A stretch of 64,000 bases of DNA from Tubiluchus corallicola (taxonomy: Eukaryota; Animalia; Priapulida), in contig JAQGDQ010000927.1 of assembly GCA_030141605.1 (NCBI GenBank), positions 15,850-79,849 of the forward strand, read 5' to 3'. The notes beneath the pieces are model-generated. The model saw only the letters and a list, made by a program, of their open reading frames with translations. It did no database searches and was not told the DNA's origin. Positions within the stretch are counted from its first letter, which is position 1, and every line of letters begins with the position of its first letter. This document shows, piece by piece, positions 41,215 to 54,622 of the stretch. A program made the translations under genes and the position numbers.

Positions 41215-41500
41215 GATGAAAATAAAAATAACAGACAGATGGTATCAGTAGCGTTCAAGCTGTAGAAGTGTGATTAGTCAGATCAGTAGATTCAATAGTC
41301 TGCGTTAGTTTAATCTGAGAAACATAGGCGTACGAGGCCGTTGGGGGACGGGGCGTTGCCCGGGGGAGAGAGCTGTGATGAAAAGAAGAGGCAGATGGTA
41401 TCAGTAGCGTTCAAGCTGTAGAAGTGTGATTAGTCAGATCAGTAGATTCAATGGTTTGCGTTAGTTTAATCTTAGAAACATAGGCGTACGAGACCGTCGG
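41215..41500. repeat. Two-copy tandem duplication (~155 bp) ending in a cataggcgtacg element start
   Basis: cagatggtatcagtagcgttcaagctgtagaagtgtgattagtcagatcagtagattcaat occurs twice. Confidence 0.85.
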
Positions 41501-41857
41501 AGGGGGGGGGGAGGCTGTTTGCCTTCCCAGGGGTAAATGAATTGTACATTTTCAGGGCAAAATCAGATTATTTTCAGCACAAATAGTTCTGTTTTAAAAT
41601 TTCAAAATTTAAGATTTTATTATTCAAGAATTGCTGACGTACCGCATGAAGCCCACAACTTTTCACTGACTGAAATTAAAGTGTTTCTTTAACGACGAAT
41701 TGCTTTTAATTTTTAGTAATTGGAAAATTATATTAGTACTTGCTATCAATAATTTTAGTTCATCAGGTCTTTTTTACATTTGTTAAGTAAATGTATCTGT
41801 TCCTCTGTTTCTCCTATGAAATTTTCAGGAATTTTTCAAGCTATTTTCAGAAATAAA

Positions 41858-41864
41858 ATATCTA

Positions 41865-41903
<39 letters not shown>

Positions 41904-41904
41904 G

Positions 41905-41994
<90 letters not shown>

Positions 41995-42078
41995 CATCCA
42001 TCCATCCATCCATCCATCCATCCATCCATCCATCCATCCATCCATCCATTCATCCATTCATCCATCCATCCATCCTTC
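41858..42078. repeat. Compound tetranucleotide microsatellite TCTG>TCTA>TCCA
   Basis: Direct reading. Confidence 0.97.
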
Positions 42079-42417
42079 TACCTATCTATAGAGATGTTTG
42101 CAAAAGAGAAACATAAATCGGCACGGATATTTCTCTTGAATTTGTGAAACGTTAGAAAAAGTATCGTGAAAGTATTTGCATGTTTGTTCAATGAAAATGC
42201 AAATCTTTGGCTTCTTAGGCGCGTGATTTTCTTCAGTAAATGTTTTTACAATTCGGGATTCTTGCGTTTATTCACTGTTACTATTGTAATTAGGATGGGG
42301 TGTCAGGAGATGACTGCCCCTCCCCGCAAACTAGGGCAATTTGGAAAATGATCAGGGTAATTTCCTTATGTGCTCCTGTGAAACGTCCTCCCGTACGCCT
42401 ATGCTGAGAAGTCTCGT

Positions 42418-42625
42418 AGTGTGTATATGTGTGTGCGTGCGTGCGCGCGCGCGTGTGTGTATGCATGTGCGTGTTTTTGGGTGTGGGAGTGCGTGTGTGC
42501 GTGCATGCGTGTGCGTCTGTGTGTGTGCGTGCGTGCTTGTGTACGTGCGTGTGCGTGTGTCTCTGTGTGTGCATGTGTGCGTGCGTGTGTGTGTGTCTCT
42601 GTGTGTGTGTGCATGTGTGCGTGCA
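42418..42625. repeat. Degenerate (GT)n/(GC)n tract
   Basis: Direct reading. Confidence 0.93.
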
Positions 42626-42969
42626 GAATGGGAATTAATATCAAATGGCAGAAATCTTTTCTCTTAATTTTGCTTTACACGTTTTCATCCTTCGTAAATA
42701 TGATTATATTATTTAGTAATTATTTGCGGCTTTGATTTTCAGAGAAGAGAAGTCATTATTAGCTGTGATTCAAATGTTGGAAACTAAATTGCGTCATGAG
42801 AATTAAGAAGACATGGAGCGATTTAAAACTTATTAACACATTTTCTTTTGATGACTTAATTCTCTTCTATTTTTCATTCTGTTCGTTTTTAATTAATAAT
42901 TTCAATTTTATTTATCCGGAGTATTAACATGCCTATGAAAACTACGTATGTAGGATCGAGTAAATATCA

Positions 42970-43310
42970 AAATGATGATGATGGCAGTGATAATGATGAT
43001 GATGATGGTTGTGGTAGTGGTGACGATGATGATGATGGTGATGGTGGTGGTGGTGACGATGATGTTGATGATGATGATGATTGTGGTGGTGGTGATGATG
43101 ATGTTGATGATGATGATGATGATGATTGTGGTGGTGATGATGATGATGATCATGAGATGATGATGATGATCTTGATGGTGATGATGATTATGATGATGAT
43201 GATAATGATGGTGATGATGATGGTGATGATGATAATGATGATGATGATGATGATTGTGGTGGTGATGATGATGAAGACGATCTTGATGATGGTGAATAAC
43301 GATAATGATA
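42970..43310. repeat. (GAT)n/(GGT)n microsatellite
   Basis: Direct reading. Confidence 0.95.
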
Positions 43311-43684
43311 TCGGTAAACTGCTATACAAACAAGTAGAACTGTTAAGTTATACACACTATGTTACTGGTTAAAAATGTAAGCGTCTTAAAAGTGCTGCTA
43401 ATCAGCACCTACTAGAACGCTGAAAAATTTCCCTGCTATGTATTTTTTGCCATGAAGCTGACAGTTTTGCGTCACTAGCACTAAATTTAAGGTAGATGAA
43501 CTGTACTTGCTGAAAGCTTACTCATCCGTTACTCGGCAACCATCGTGTTGCCTGCAAACATCAAAGGCGGTTGGGTGACAGATGCTGCGGTTTTGCTAGA
43601 CGATTTTATGTGTTTCGGCCATGTCTGATGCACAATTTTAGCACGTTTAGCTAGGTTTCACACGGTTGAGCAGTGCATTTTCAA

Positions 43685-43797
43685 CATTTCCAGACAGAGA
43701 CGGAAAGTGAGTGTCTTATTTCATGAAACTTTCATAGAGTTTTGGCGTTCCACAAGGATCGATCCTCAGTCCGCTCATGTTCATTATTTATGTTCAA
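43685..43797 (+). mobile_element. CR1/L2-type reverse transcriptase fragment
   Basis: 43741-43794 translates FGVPQGSILSPLMFIIYV, the canonical non-LTR RT GVPQGS.L.P.LF motif. Confidence 0.8.
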
Positions 43798-44028
43798 AAC
43801 GCGCTTTTAAGACCCGATGAGCAATATACAATGTAAAAATCATATCATTAGAAATGAGGCCCGATAAATGACAATTTATTTTAAATACTAATCATTAAAC
43901 CTTTCATTTAAATAACTAAAATAACTAACAGAAACATTTAATAATATTTGTTTTATCAGTAACTGTTTTGTTTGTCTGTAGTGTCATTATATTTCAAAAT
44001 TTAAATTGTATGTATGTTTTATTTTTTC

Positions 44029-44195
44029 TTGTATTGCATGTATTTACACTAATAAATAAATATGAAATTTCAAATTTATTTATATATATATATATAAATA
44101 AATTTGAAATTTCATATTTATTTATATATATATATATATAAATAAATTTGAAATTTCATATTTATTTATTAGTGTCAAAAATACATGCAATACAA
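44029..44195. repeat. AT-rich palindrome around (TA)n with a duplicated arm
   Basis: ttgtattgcatgtattt.acactaataaataaatatgaaatttcaaatttattta ... mirrored as taaataaatttgaaatttcatatttatttattagtgt..aaatacatgcaatacaa. Confidence 0.88.
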
Positions 44196-45336
44196 ATTAT
44201 GCAAATTGTATTGTAAATTATTGCGCAATCCATTTATGCAAATTGTACAACCAGAGCCACACAATTATTTACACTATTCAGTCTACTAAATTTACCTAAT
44301 CATTTGTTTAATATTTCAGTAACTTGTAAGGGATACAGAGAGGAAACTTTGACCAATCACAGACTTTGTTACATATGTTACAGTATTAAATTTACTGTCC
44401 ACTATATAATAACAAAATCTTAAAGGTCTGCTGGCGCTGGTCATTGGATGCAGTGTTAATTTCTTTCTGTTGTTTAACTTTTATTGACCATAGCTCAGCA
44501 TTTTACTAAAGCACAGGTTCAACTAAAGTTCAAAAAGCCGGAGTTTGTCGCCATGTATTGAATGTTACTATTGTACATGAAAGCGATGAAAATAAAACTT
44601 CAAATTTCAAAGCAAACGGCTTCACAGATAAAACGTCATGCTTTGGTAAATTTAGTTTTACTTACTGCAATTTGAAAGCTGACTAAGTCTTTGCTTCTGG
44701 ATATTACTCAAGAAGTAAACAGTCATTATGTAAAGAATGTTGTTTACAAACAATGTCCTCTAGCTAGGCTGTTTACAAACAAAGTCAACGTGTCTGCAAA
44801 CAAACTTGTAAAAAGATATACTAGTTTTGTTTTTATGCTCTACGTCAGTTGTACTGGAAATCTGGCATTGGCGCGCTTTGCGGCCTTCGCTTGTTGTTGC
44901 CTTTGGCCACCTTGTGGTGATTTTTTGGCCTGGACACGTGATCAGTTGGATCGGTGTCAGAGGCGTGTGAAGTGAGGACGTGTCATGGTGGATTGATTAA
45001 ATGTTGTCGTTATCTGTTGCAATTGCTTATGATTTGGGGCTAAAAACATGGAATGATACGTTTTGGTAAATAAAGAAGGAAGAAAGAGCAAAATGTAATC
45101 TAGCTTCAAATTTGGTTTTGAAAGCCCAAACATCGGTAATGATATTTCTTTTGACTGAATTTGATCTGTTATCAAATGGTTGAACTCCGAAAAGGTGAAT
45201 AAGAGTTTTCAAGTGTTGTACCCTAACAGCACGGTCAGTTTTTTGAACGTGCTTTGAACGAAATTTGTTTTAAATTAATAATCGCAGCGTGACACGATTA
45301 CGTGCTTATAATAAAGAGTTAGTCAAGGAATGTATT

Positions 45337-45692
45337 GGAAAGAACAAGTCATTTAGCTTGGGTTTGCATCTTGCACAAAAACAATCACTCAATCCACTGA
45401 TGTTAGTTTGTGACGTACTGCACACGTTCAACAGCTCATGCGCGAGTACAACGGTAAATTTGAATTTTTATCTTAAAATTTGCCTAGTTTTAGTGAAACA
45501 CACTGAATCTGTTGTGTGCAACTCGCTCATGGAATGCTTTGCTGCTGAAATTTATGTTCGTTTGTGATGTCGTCAATAGTTGGGCTCTCCCGCCGTTAAT
45601 TAAGTTTCCATTATTTAATTATCAGAAACGCTTTTGCAGGATTATTGTTGTTAAAATGTATATTGTTTACCGTACCGTACTCCTGTCTTCCT
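45337..45692 (+). mobile_element. Kolobok-like family A partial copy with family-B-type left terminus
   Basis: ggaaagaacaagtcatttagcttgggttt joined to family A body; ends ctgtcttcct|ttaa. Confidence 0.68.
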
Positions 45693-46557
45693 TTAAAGTC
45701 TAAGGCCATAGTCCTCCTCTGCGACCACTCCACAAATAAAACGTTATGATCCAAAATGACCAACTCTTTGAGATCAGCCCTAAGCAATCATCGATCATCC
45801 TGGCAATTAAATACCGTGAGCCTAGCTATTGATTGCAGACAGAATAATAGTATTATAAGTACATCGCGTGCGTAAGCTTATGTAGAGATGGCATATAATT
45901 GAACAGATCGTAAATATTTTAATTATTTAAAGACCACGCAAGCTGCAGTGTTTTCGTAAACATTGTATTAAAGTTCCCTACGCATGTTCTTGAAAACTAT
46001 TAGGGAACGGATAGATAATATTAACTATCCCCCTCCAGTAATTATACTTTTGATTAAGTTTGAAGGTCAAATACTGCGTACTTATGAAGTGTTAGTTTCA
46101 CACAGAAACAGAAAGAAACTGCACTAAGTAAGATTTTTTGATTCTTTTTAACTTTTTTTTGGGAGGTTTATATAAGAGGAAATCCGGTGTGAAGGTGTCA
46201 TTTCCGAAGAAACTCTGAAATTTGATTTAACGCGTTTTACTCGTTAGATGACGTCAGCGAAATCTTAGTTACAGCAGCGTTTGAGTTTAGTTACACGTGT
46301 CACGTTTTGCTGTGTAGCATTGTTTACAAAATCAGCGTCACAGAAGCAACGCAGTATCCACGGCAACTGTTGCTAAGACAATTGTTTACGCTTCGATTTT
46401 CCAAAGTTTCACCAGCAAAACCGAACAACATGCTTTGGAGAAAAAAATCAAGGCCCCATTTCATTAGGGAGAAAGCCACGGAATTTTAAAAAATTAGTGT
46501 CAAATTCTAAGTTATAGTTAGCTCTTTTAATTAAACAACGTTAAAATTGACCATTAA

Positions 46558-47176
46558 AGGAAGACAGAGTGATTTTTCATATACTAGCCTATTTTTAAGT
46601 ACGGTAAAAAGTATACATTTTAACATAGTTAATACTTCAAAAGCGGTTCTGATAATTAAATAATGCATTAAAAGCTTAATTAACGACGGGCGAGCCAAAC
46701 TAGTGATGACGTCACAAACTAACATGATTTTGAACAGCAAAAATATTCCACGAGCGTGTTGCGCGTGATTGCAAAAGCGAAAATTGAAGTATAGTGCTAC
46801 TGTAAGATGTTTAGTGTGTTGTACTAAAACCAGACAAGTTTTAAGATAAAAACTTAAATTTCAAATTTACCGGTGTGCTCAAGCATGATCTGTTGAACGT
46901 GTGTAGTTCGTCACAAACTAACATATCTGAACTGAGAGGCACAGCACCTGTTTTTGTTCAACGCGCTTCCGAAATCCAGCTGCTAGTGCCCGTCTAACCA
47001 GGAAATGGCGAAATGCATATAACAGGGAAGAACTAGTGGCGCGAACGTGAAATTGTGTTTGTTTGGTAATAATTCTTTCACGTAAGTCGCTTTTGAAAAA
47101 AATAGCATGTTTCCTTTCAATATTTTAAAGAGTAGATTGTTTTGACCTATAATTTAAGATTTGGTAAGGTTTTGCT
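46558..47176 (-). mobile_element. Kolobok-like family A, full-length 619-bp copy with both TTAA sites intact
   Basis: TTAA|AGGAAGACAG ... GGTTTTGCT|TTAA. Confidence 0.85.
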
Positions 47177-47603
47177 TTAATACTACATTACTATCAGACT
47201 GCGTTTCATTATATTACGAGCAGAGAATTCTCAAATTTGCAAGGAAGCCATTAGAATGTAATGATCGTGTCATTAATTACAGTGTACAGAGGAATGCAAC
47301 GCATATAATTAAAATGTGCACGAAACTGGTGACAAAGAACTATTATGGAATAGCTATTGATTTTATGTGTCAGAAAATTGTATTTTGAACCAAATCTTTC
47401 TCAATTCATTAGTCTTACGTTCGTGTGCACGCATGCGTGTACGTGCTGTGCATGTGTGCACACACCTGTTGTATTAGTATGTAGTTGTAAATACATTTGA
47501 TTGTGTGTGTCCGCTGTATTCTGGTGCAATCGTATTGCTATCGGAACGTAACAACGAAATAAATAATGTGATTCTAGAATCTAATTCCAGCTGAAGCAGT
47601 TAA

Positions 47604-48135
47604 AGGGAAACCGGGCGATTGATTAGGCTCAATCTCCTTTTTAATTTACTGTCCAAAATATACATTTTCTTGCCTCTAGAAGTTAGAATTTTTTCGTATA
47701 TTTGAATAATTACCTTGGTCAGTTTATTAACGGCAGCCGAACATAGCTGTCGCTTACGTCACAAACTAACAACAGTTTGTGCAATGGTAAGCAGCTTCCC
47801 TGTGCGTCAAGCACGGTTTCGTAAGCAAGGATTGCTATAAGATATTCATGCGATGTCACGAAAATGAATTCTACGTCACACTGACGTCACACACTGCAGT
47901 TTTTGATCAGATCATGCCTATCACGGTACAGCGCCTATTTGTCGGCCACGTCAATGTGACGAAAAGGCGCCATTCCCAGTCTTAGTGGATTCGCTGAGCC
48001 GCTCGTAGCTTTGAAAGTTTGCCAGAATTTAACTATCTGAGGCAATTATTATTTAATTTGAGATTTGATTTTAAAAAAGCTGTTGTAGTTTTCAATATTT
48101 TGAACTAATGTTTACACCATCGTCCAGCTTTTCTT
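47604..48135 (-). mobile_element. Kolobok-like family C copy
   Basis: TTAA|AGGGAAACC...; reverse complement of 56036-56538 (ctacgtcacactgacgtcac, aaaaggcgccatt). Confidence 0.78.
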
Positions 48136-48931
48136 CAATTAATTATTTCTCTCTGAATTTTTATCGTACGTAACCGAATGCAGTTTTCCATTTGAGTAAA
48201 TCATTTCAAGTCATTAGCTGTGAACTAATTGCATTTATTTGCAAACCACCAAAGCGTAAAGAAAATGAGCAAACAGGATTAACAGTCTCAAATCTAGCGC
48301 GCGCTATATATACCTAAGATTTGTGTCACACGATTAACCAATCACAATCACGTGTGAAACGATCAACCAATCACAATCATAGCTGCTACGTTTTGAGAGC
48401 AGGCAGGAAAATTGGTTTACACGGCGTATAGACATTCAATTTCCAAAGTCTCAACGTTCCATCAGCTGTCTTAATTTGTCGTCTAATCCAATTCGCTGGT
48501 AGTTCTTGTACTAGTGATCATTATGATGTTCTCAGCTGCCGAGAAGCTTGGCTTCTACACTGATAGTAACTCATAATGGCTTCTCATCTCGCATTGCTGG
48601 TCGAGGCGAAATGACCAGGCGCTGAAATTATTTCTGGTTTACATAATAATCTTCTGCATTAGTCAATTATTGTTAGCAGGAACGTGGTTCATCCTCTACA
48701 CGTCTGTGGGGAATTAGCCTAATTTTCAGCACAAATCTCCTTTCTAGATTAAAATAGTCGTATAACGGCTGTGAATAATGCTTATAGGGGGTAGATTGGG
48801 ATGTTGTAGAATCAAGTATCCGTTCATGTACCCAATTGATCAAACACCAAGTTAGATACACTTTCAAGATTTATTCTTTTAAACTTGAAGTATATTTAAT
48901 TTATGTATACAATATTAAATAACTGCGTGTA

Positions 48932-49215
48932 TAGACAGGCGGACGGACGAACGGACAGACAGACAGTGTGACATACAGACAGATAGACAAAGTGACAGAC
49001 AGACAAACAGACAGATAGACAGAGTGACAAACAGACAGACAGACAAACCGACAGACACACAGATAGACAGACAGACAAACAGACAGATAGACAGAGTTAC
49101 AGACAGACAGATAGACAGTGTGACAGTCAGACAGATAGACAGTGTGACAGTCAGACAAACAGACAGATAAACAGATAGACAGACAGACAAACAGACAGAC
49201 AAACAGATAGATAGG
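48932..49215. repeat. (GACA)n/(GATA)n degenerate microsatellite
   Basis: Direct reading. Confidence 0.94.
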
Positions 49216-49459
49216 TAGTAAAATTCATATGCAGTGTTGAATTGCCTGGGAAATGTTTCATACTCATCTAAATAATTGATGACAGATTATTCCATTTGCT
49301 CTCTAATCTAATGATCTTCACTTTTGTCCCGTTACAAACGAACACTAGAAATGTTCAGCCAGGTTTAGTTATTTTTAATCTAGTTCAATACGTAATCTTT
49401 ATTAATATATATTTGTATATTGTATTGTAAAGATGTTTTATATACATATATATATTAAA

Positions 49460-49745
49460 AATATTTACAAGTAAGTATAATATTTGTAAAATATAACCAG
49501 GTTAAAACATATATACAGCACAGACATAAATTTTACATATAAAAATGGTTAGTTAAAAAATTACGGTTAAAAGCACAGAGCGAAGCTTACATACATGTGT
49601 CTATCCAAAGATAAATGATTATTAAGATTTTCATCTTTTAAACATTTTTAAAAACTTTGCTACTCTGAGCACAGACCAAGGCGGCGCCGTCGAGAGACCC
49701 AGGGAGTTGAAACCAGATTTTAAATATTCTGTTTGAGAAAAAGTT
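49460..49745 (-). mobile_element. CR1-like 3' fragment (homolog of 17671-17990)
   Basis: Reverse strand ctttttctcaaacagaatatttaaaatctggtttcaactccctg. Confidence 0.65.
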
Positions 49746-50913
49746 TTAAAAACAATCAAGTCGGCAGTGAGCGGGCTGTAACTTCAAGTGGTGCCCCCTG
49801 GTTACATTAGATAGAGGTACTTTGCTAGAAATACGTGTTTGTCTATAGTACTGTCTCCGTGTCATGTAGAATAACACATTGTCAAATCACAGTGAATTCG
49901 ACGAAATTCAAGTGGATCAAGGTTTAAAAATGCTAATCGGTCATGGTCAAGATTGCACCTGCAATTAGCCTACTAGTGAAGGTATGGCGTGCTGTCAAGA
50001 TTGCACCTAGTAAATAGCCTACTAGTGAAGTACCAAATAGAGGCGTTTATCCGACCTGAACATTTTGTGTGATAAGAATAATAATGATGACGTATCCCAC
50101 TGTATTTTGTAGCGAAAACTATAGAGGGCGCCAGCACGCCCTTTGAAGTTTCAAACAAACATCTGTACGTGTGGCTTAGAATGTGAAATACATTCAACTT
50201 GCCCGGGTTGATCTTGAGTCTGTGATCTTATTAGTCTGATAAGATCGTATTGATCCATTATTCTAACTAAGAGGAAGACCTGAAACGGACGGCTGTAGCC
50301 TTTCTAGTGCTGGAATTGAATCAAGATTCGCTTATTAGTAATGCAGAGAGTCAGAGGATCTACTACTGCGTAGTTCTGATTTCAGCATCAAGCACGCAGT
50401 ACTCGAACGTGGCTCCGTAAGGCTCATTTTACGGTGAGGACGCCCACGGGACAAAATGGCTCCAGGAGAAATTCCTTGCCACATTCCTCACGAAAATTGG
50501 AACACATTGTTTTCTGTGGCGCATTTGATAGTGAGAACACGAAGCAAAATTCCTCGTGAGGAATTCCGCTGCCAGCCAGAAGCTATGCGTCCTCCTCGTG
50601 AGGAATTTGCCGCATATTAGAAATACTGCATGTTCCATTTTTTGTTGAGGAATCCTCTTGGAATTCAAACTTAATTTTAACTACTCAATTACTTCTTTAT
50701 TATTTAACGAACAACAGTTAACACATTTCAGCATAAAATTATAAGATTTAATCTCTCTTTTAGCAGACTGATGATTTTATGTTTTATTAATGCAACATCG
50801 ATGGCTATATTCGTGCAAAAAAGACGCCTGTGAATTTTAATATAGACCCACCTAAAATATAGTATTATTCTTATACGCTCTAGTGAACAAGACCCATTTC
50901 ACACTGAGGATAA

Positions 50914-51300
50914 GACCCATTTCACACTGAGCACGCGAGGAAAAATGAGGCACAGAATTGATGTCAGAAAATGCATTTTCTTTTATACATGTGTAAAATT
51001 TCAGATTTTGAACTGGTTAGTACAACTTTACTAAAAAATAAACAGTTCTTGATTACATTGACTAATATTATTAATTGTGCTTTGTATATGAAAAATACAG
51101 CAAGTATAACTTAATTTAGACCTAGCTACGCAGTATAAACCTCACAAACTAACTACAGCTAACTGGAAGCCTGGAAAAAACTCATGGTTTTACTGTGAAA
51201 CAAACTTTCTTGGGATTTCAAGAAAAATCGGAAATTTAGAAAATTTTCTGACAGCAATTCTGTGCAAAATTTTCCTCACGTCTTCAGTGTGAAATGGGCT
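50914..51300. mobile_element. PIF/Harbinger-type MITE with TAA target duplication
   Basis: taa|gacccatttcacactgagcacgcgaggaaaa ... ttttcctcacgtcttcagtgtgaaatgggct|taa; left TIR duplicated at 50891. Confidence 0.8.
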
Positions 51301-51450
51301 TAAAATTACTGATGTAAATACCAAGAAAGTTTTTGAATGGCGCCCCATGTCTTGACTTGTGACGTAAAGCAGATTTCTAAAGAGCGATAAGCCAGGAATA
51401 ACAAACCTATCGTTCCTAATTATTTATAAACAGCAATTAACGCTACGAAT

Positions 51451-51618
51451 AATTAATTGGGGAAGAAGGAAGAGAGTGAAAAATTGTGTGCCAACCAAAA
51501 TTCGAACCCAGAACTTAGCAGTTAGAAGGCGGGCGGTCTACCAGCTGTTGGCTCAGGACAGTAGAGTGCAAGAAAAACTGCCTCATTCCAACCTCTTCCT
51601 GTTTCTTCAATTAATTAG
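51451..51618 (-). mobile_element. tRNA-like cassette within ~24-bp imperfect inverted repeats
   Basis: aattaattggggaagaaggaagag ... ctcttcctgtttcttcaattaatt; reverse-strand B box gggttcgaat. Confidence 0.5.
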
Positions 51619-53028
51619 GTTTTACATCAGTTCTTTAAGCATAAATAATTATGTTTATTAATTCTGGTAATTAATTAACTAATTAATATATTATTAATTA
51701 TCAATTATCACAGTTTAAATTCAGTTGTTAATTTCAGGCTAGTCAGTTAGATTGCTTTATTAATTACACGATTAATTAATTAACAAATGACGTGCTAACT
51801 TGCCTTGTCACGATGTCCACTTCCGTTTTTCTTGCAAAATTTAATGCAGTTTTTGCTGGAAATGCCAAGAAAGAAGCCACTCTTATACGTGGCTTCTTGT
51901 TGACCGTCTTATTCTCTAGTTAACCTTAATATCTGAAGCCACATAGTACAACTTTGCTCAATTACCTAGACATAAATGAGAATTATCAGACCATAAACCA
52001 GCCAGATTACAAACTTTTATGAATTATTTATTTACGTTTCATGTACTCACGTTTAAGCTGTGTTTCTGAATTGATACTGATTTTATCTTTTGCTGGCTCC
52101 TCAAGCCAAGCATCTGGTCAGCGGGAGTAACCTACACATATTTTGGCCATTAGACTTTTGGACACTACAATTTGTTGAGTGGTTTCTATCAGTTGTGTGT
52201 GGAAAAACGGTCAGTGATAAAATATCTGGCTTACACGTAAAACAGTTGTTCGAATAGTACACACATTTTGCCCTTGTCGATTTTGCCAGTGGCATATTCT
52301 ATCCACTGTCCGTTTCATTTCATCAGTGCCCATTCGTCGAACAGATATAGACCTCTTACTGGCGAAAATTGCCACTGGTAAAATATGTCCTCTTAAAATG
52401 CTTAACTGGGAGTTAGTATTGTTGGCAATGGCGAAATATATCACTGGCGAAATGCATTGCGGGCAAAATCACTGGTAAAATAAACTACTGGTTGTCTAGT
52501 ACACTTAACCTTTGACCTTTTCACGATCATAATCAATCGCTGGAACTGTAAAAAGGGTTATATAAATTGTTTTGATTTGGTCATAGTTAATTAGTTATAG
52601 TTCCACCAAAGAGTTTCTCACCTACCAAATTTTACACGCTGAGAAGTGGATATGGTGGGAGTCTCTTTGCGTTTCATGAAAGTTGTGCGCATTCTACAAA
52701 AACGCGCATCTTCAGTTTACACAACACTTCATTCTCCGACTTGAGCAAGGCAACGCGCGTCATCGGGTAGTTTGTCTTAGTTGAATTTGTCAGTTCACTT
52801 GTTTGCTGATGATGGCGCTGCAACTGTCGCGAAAATTAATGACCCAGAATTGCCAGCAGAATTTCGTTTTCGTATGACGTCAGTTGAGATAAGATTTTCT
52901 GCTGAAATAATCTGATTTTCTTGTTCGCGTGTTCTGTCCATTAGCACGCTAAATCAGGAAAGTGCGCGCGAGCAACACTCGAATTCAGTAACCGGTAAAT
53001 TCATCATCATAGACATTATTATCGTTAA

Positions 53029-53437
53029 AGGTAAAGAAATGGCTATTATAGTGTAAATCCCAAAACAAAGTCACTTAATGTTATGCTTACCAGACTTATG
53101 TAACTAGAAAAGACAATTCTTAGTAACTTGAAATATTCGTGCTAACTGGTAAGATGTCACTGACTCACCGTCCCAGTGTGCACCACTGATTCACGCAAAA
53201 AACATAATTACTGATCTTAGTCACAACATAAAGTAATTTACACTTTTTGCTTAGCTAGTGAAGAGTGTGCTACGAATGCTCTGATCATTTTGCAAACTTT
53301 GTGTAATCTAAACTTGGTTTAAACGATCTACTGTGAAAATGGTTGTACCTAATGCAAGAGTTTAAATTCACACTTTTTATACAGCGTTACTGCGAATATA
53401 AGCTCTGTATGCAATAAGACAACATGGAGTGAAGGCT
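53029..53437 (+). mobile_element. Kolobok-like family D copy
   Basis: TTAA|AGGTAAAG ... AGGCT|TTAA; homologous to 32646-33111. Confidence 0.58.
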
Positions 53438-53504
53438 TTAATATACCAGAAAACTGTTTTTAATTGTTGTATAATATAAAGCAGTCTTTTTTAGTAATTA
53501 TAGA

Positions 53505-54105
53505 CATGTCCTGCACTGTTTTGTGTAATCCTGTCCTATGTAAATGGTCAATTCTGTTCTGTCCTGTTTTGTGTAATCCTGTCCTATGTAAATGGTCAAT
53601 TCTGTCCTGTCCTGTTTTGTGTAATCCTGTCCTATGTAAATGGTCAGTTCTGTCCTGTCCTATGTAAATGGTCAATTCTGTCCTGTCCTGTCCTATCTAA
53701 ATGGTCAATTCTGTCCTGTCCTGTCCTGTCTTATCTAAATGGTCAGTTCTGTCCTGTCCTATCGAAATGGTCAATTCTGTCCTGTGCTGTCCCATCTAAA
53801 TGGTCAATTCAGTTCTGTCCTGTCCTATCTAAATGGTCAATTCTGTCCTGTCCTGTTCTATCCTGTCCTGTTCTCTCTAAATTGGCAACTTTGTCCTGTC
53901 CTGTCCTGTTCTATCTAAATGGTCAATTCTGTCCTGTCCTGTCCTGTCCTGTCCTATCTAAATGGTCAATTCTGTCCTGTCCTATCTAAATGGTCAATTC
54001 TGCCCTGTCCTGTCCTGTCCTGTCCTGTTCTATCTAAATGGTCAATTCTGTCCTGTCCTGTCCTGTTCTATCTAAATGGTCAATTCTGTCCTGTCCTGTT
54101 TTGCC
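53505..54105. repeat. Minisatellite of aaatggtcaattc plus variable (TGTCC)n
   Basis: Direct reading. Confidence 0.93.
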
Positions 54106-54622
54106 CTACTCCAGTTTGCTTACAGTACGCATGCGCTTGATAAGTATTTCTTCATAATGATAACAATCCACTTAAAATAAAAGAACTTTTGTACAATCAT
54201 AACCACTAGGTTTTGTTTAAAGCCCATCTACATACGGGAAAGTTACCATTTAAAGTTGCTAATGTAATTGTAATGAAAGTTGACAGTTAATATGATCTAC
54301 TACATTGCTTCAATACTCGGTGGCTTTGCGCTACCGAACATCAATATTAAACGCAAGATTATCAGCCTCTATAGTCGCTCAAGCTAATTTACGAACTTCG
54401 TTGTAAAATGAATGTCAATTACTCTGCTGCGCTCAAGGAGAAAAAACCGTTCTAGCTCTGTTCGGTGTTAAAAAGGTTCCTAAATTGATTAAAAAGAGCA
54501 GCTCAAATGTGCGGAGAAAATGCAGCCCTCTTAAGTTCAAGGAGAAGATGAGGTGTCTGTTTCTGGAACAGTTTGAAAATAGATACGATAAAAGCATCTT
54601 GAGACGGCTACTTTTCTTACAT

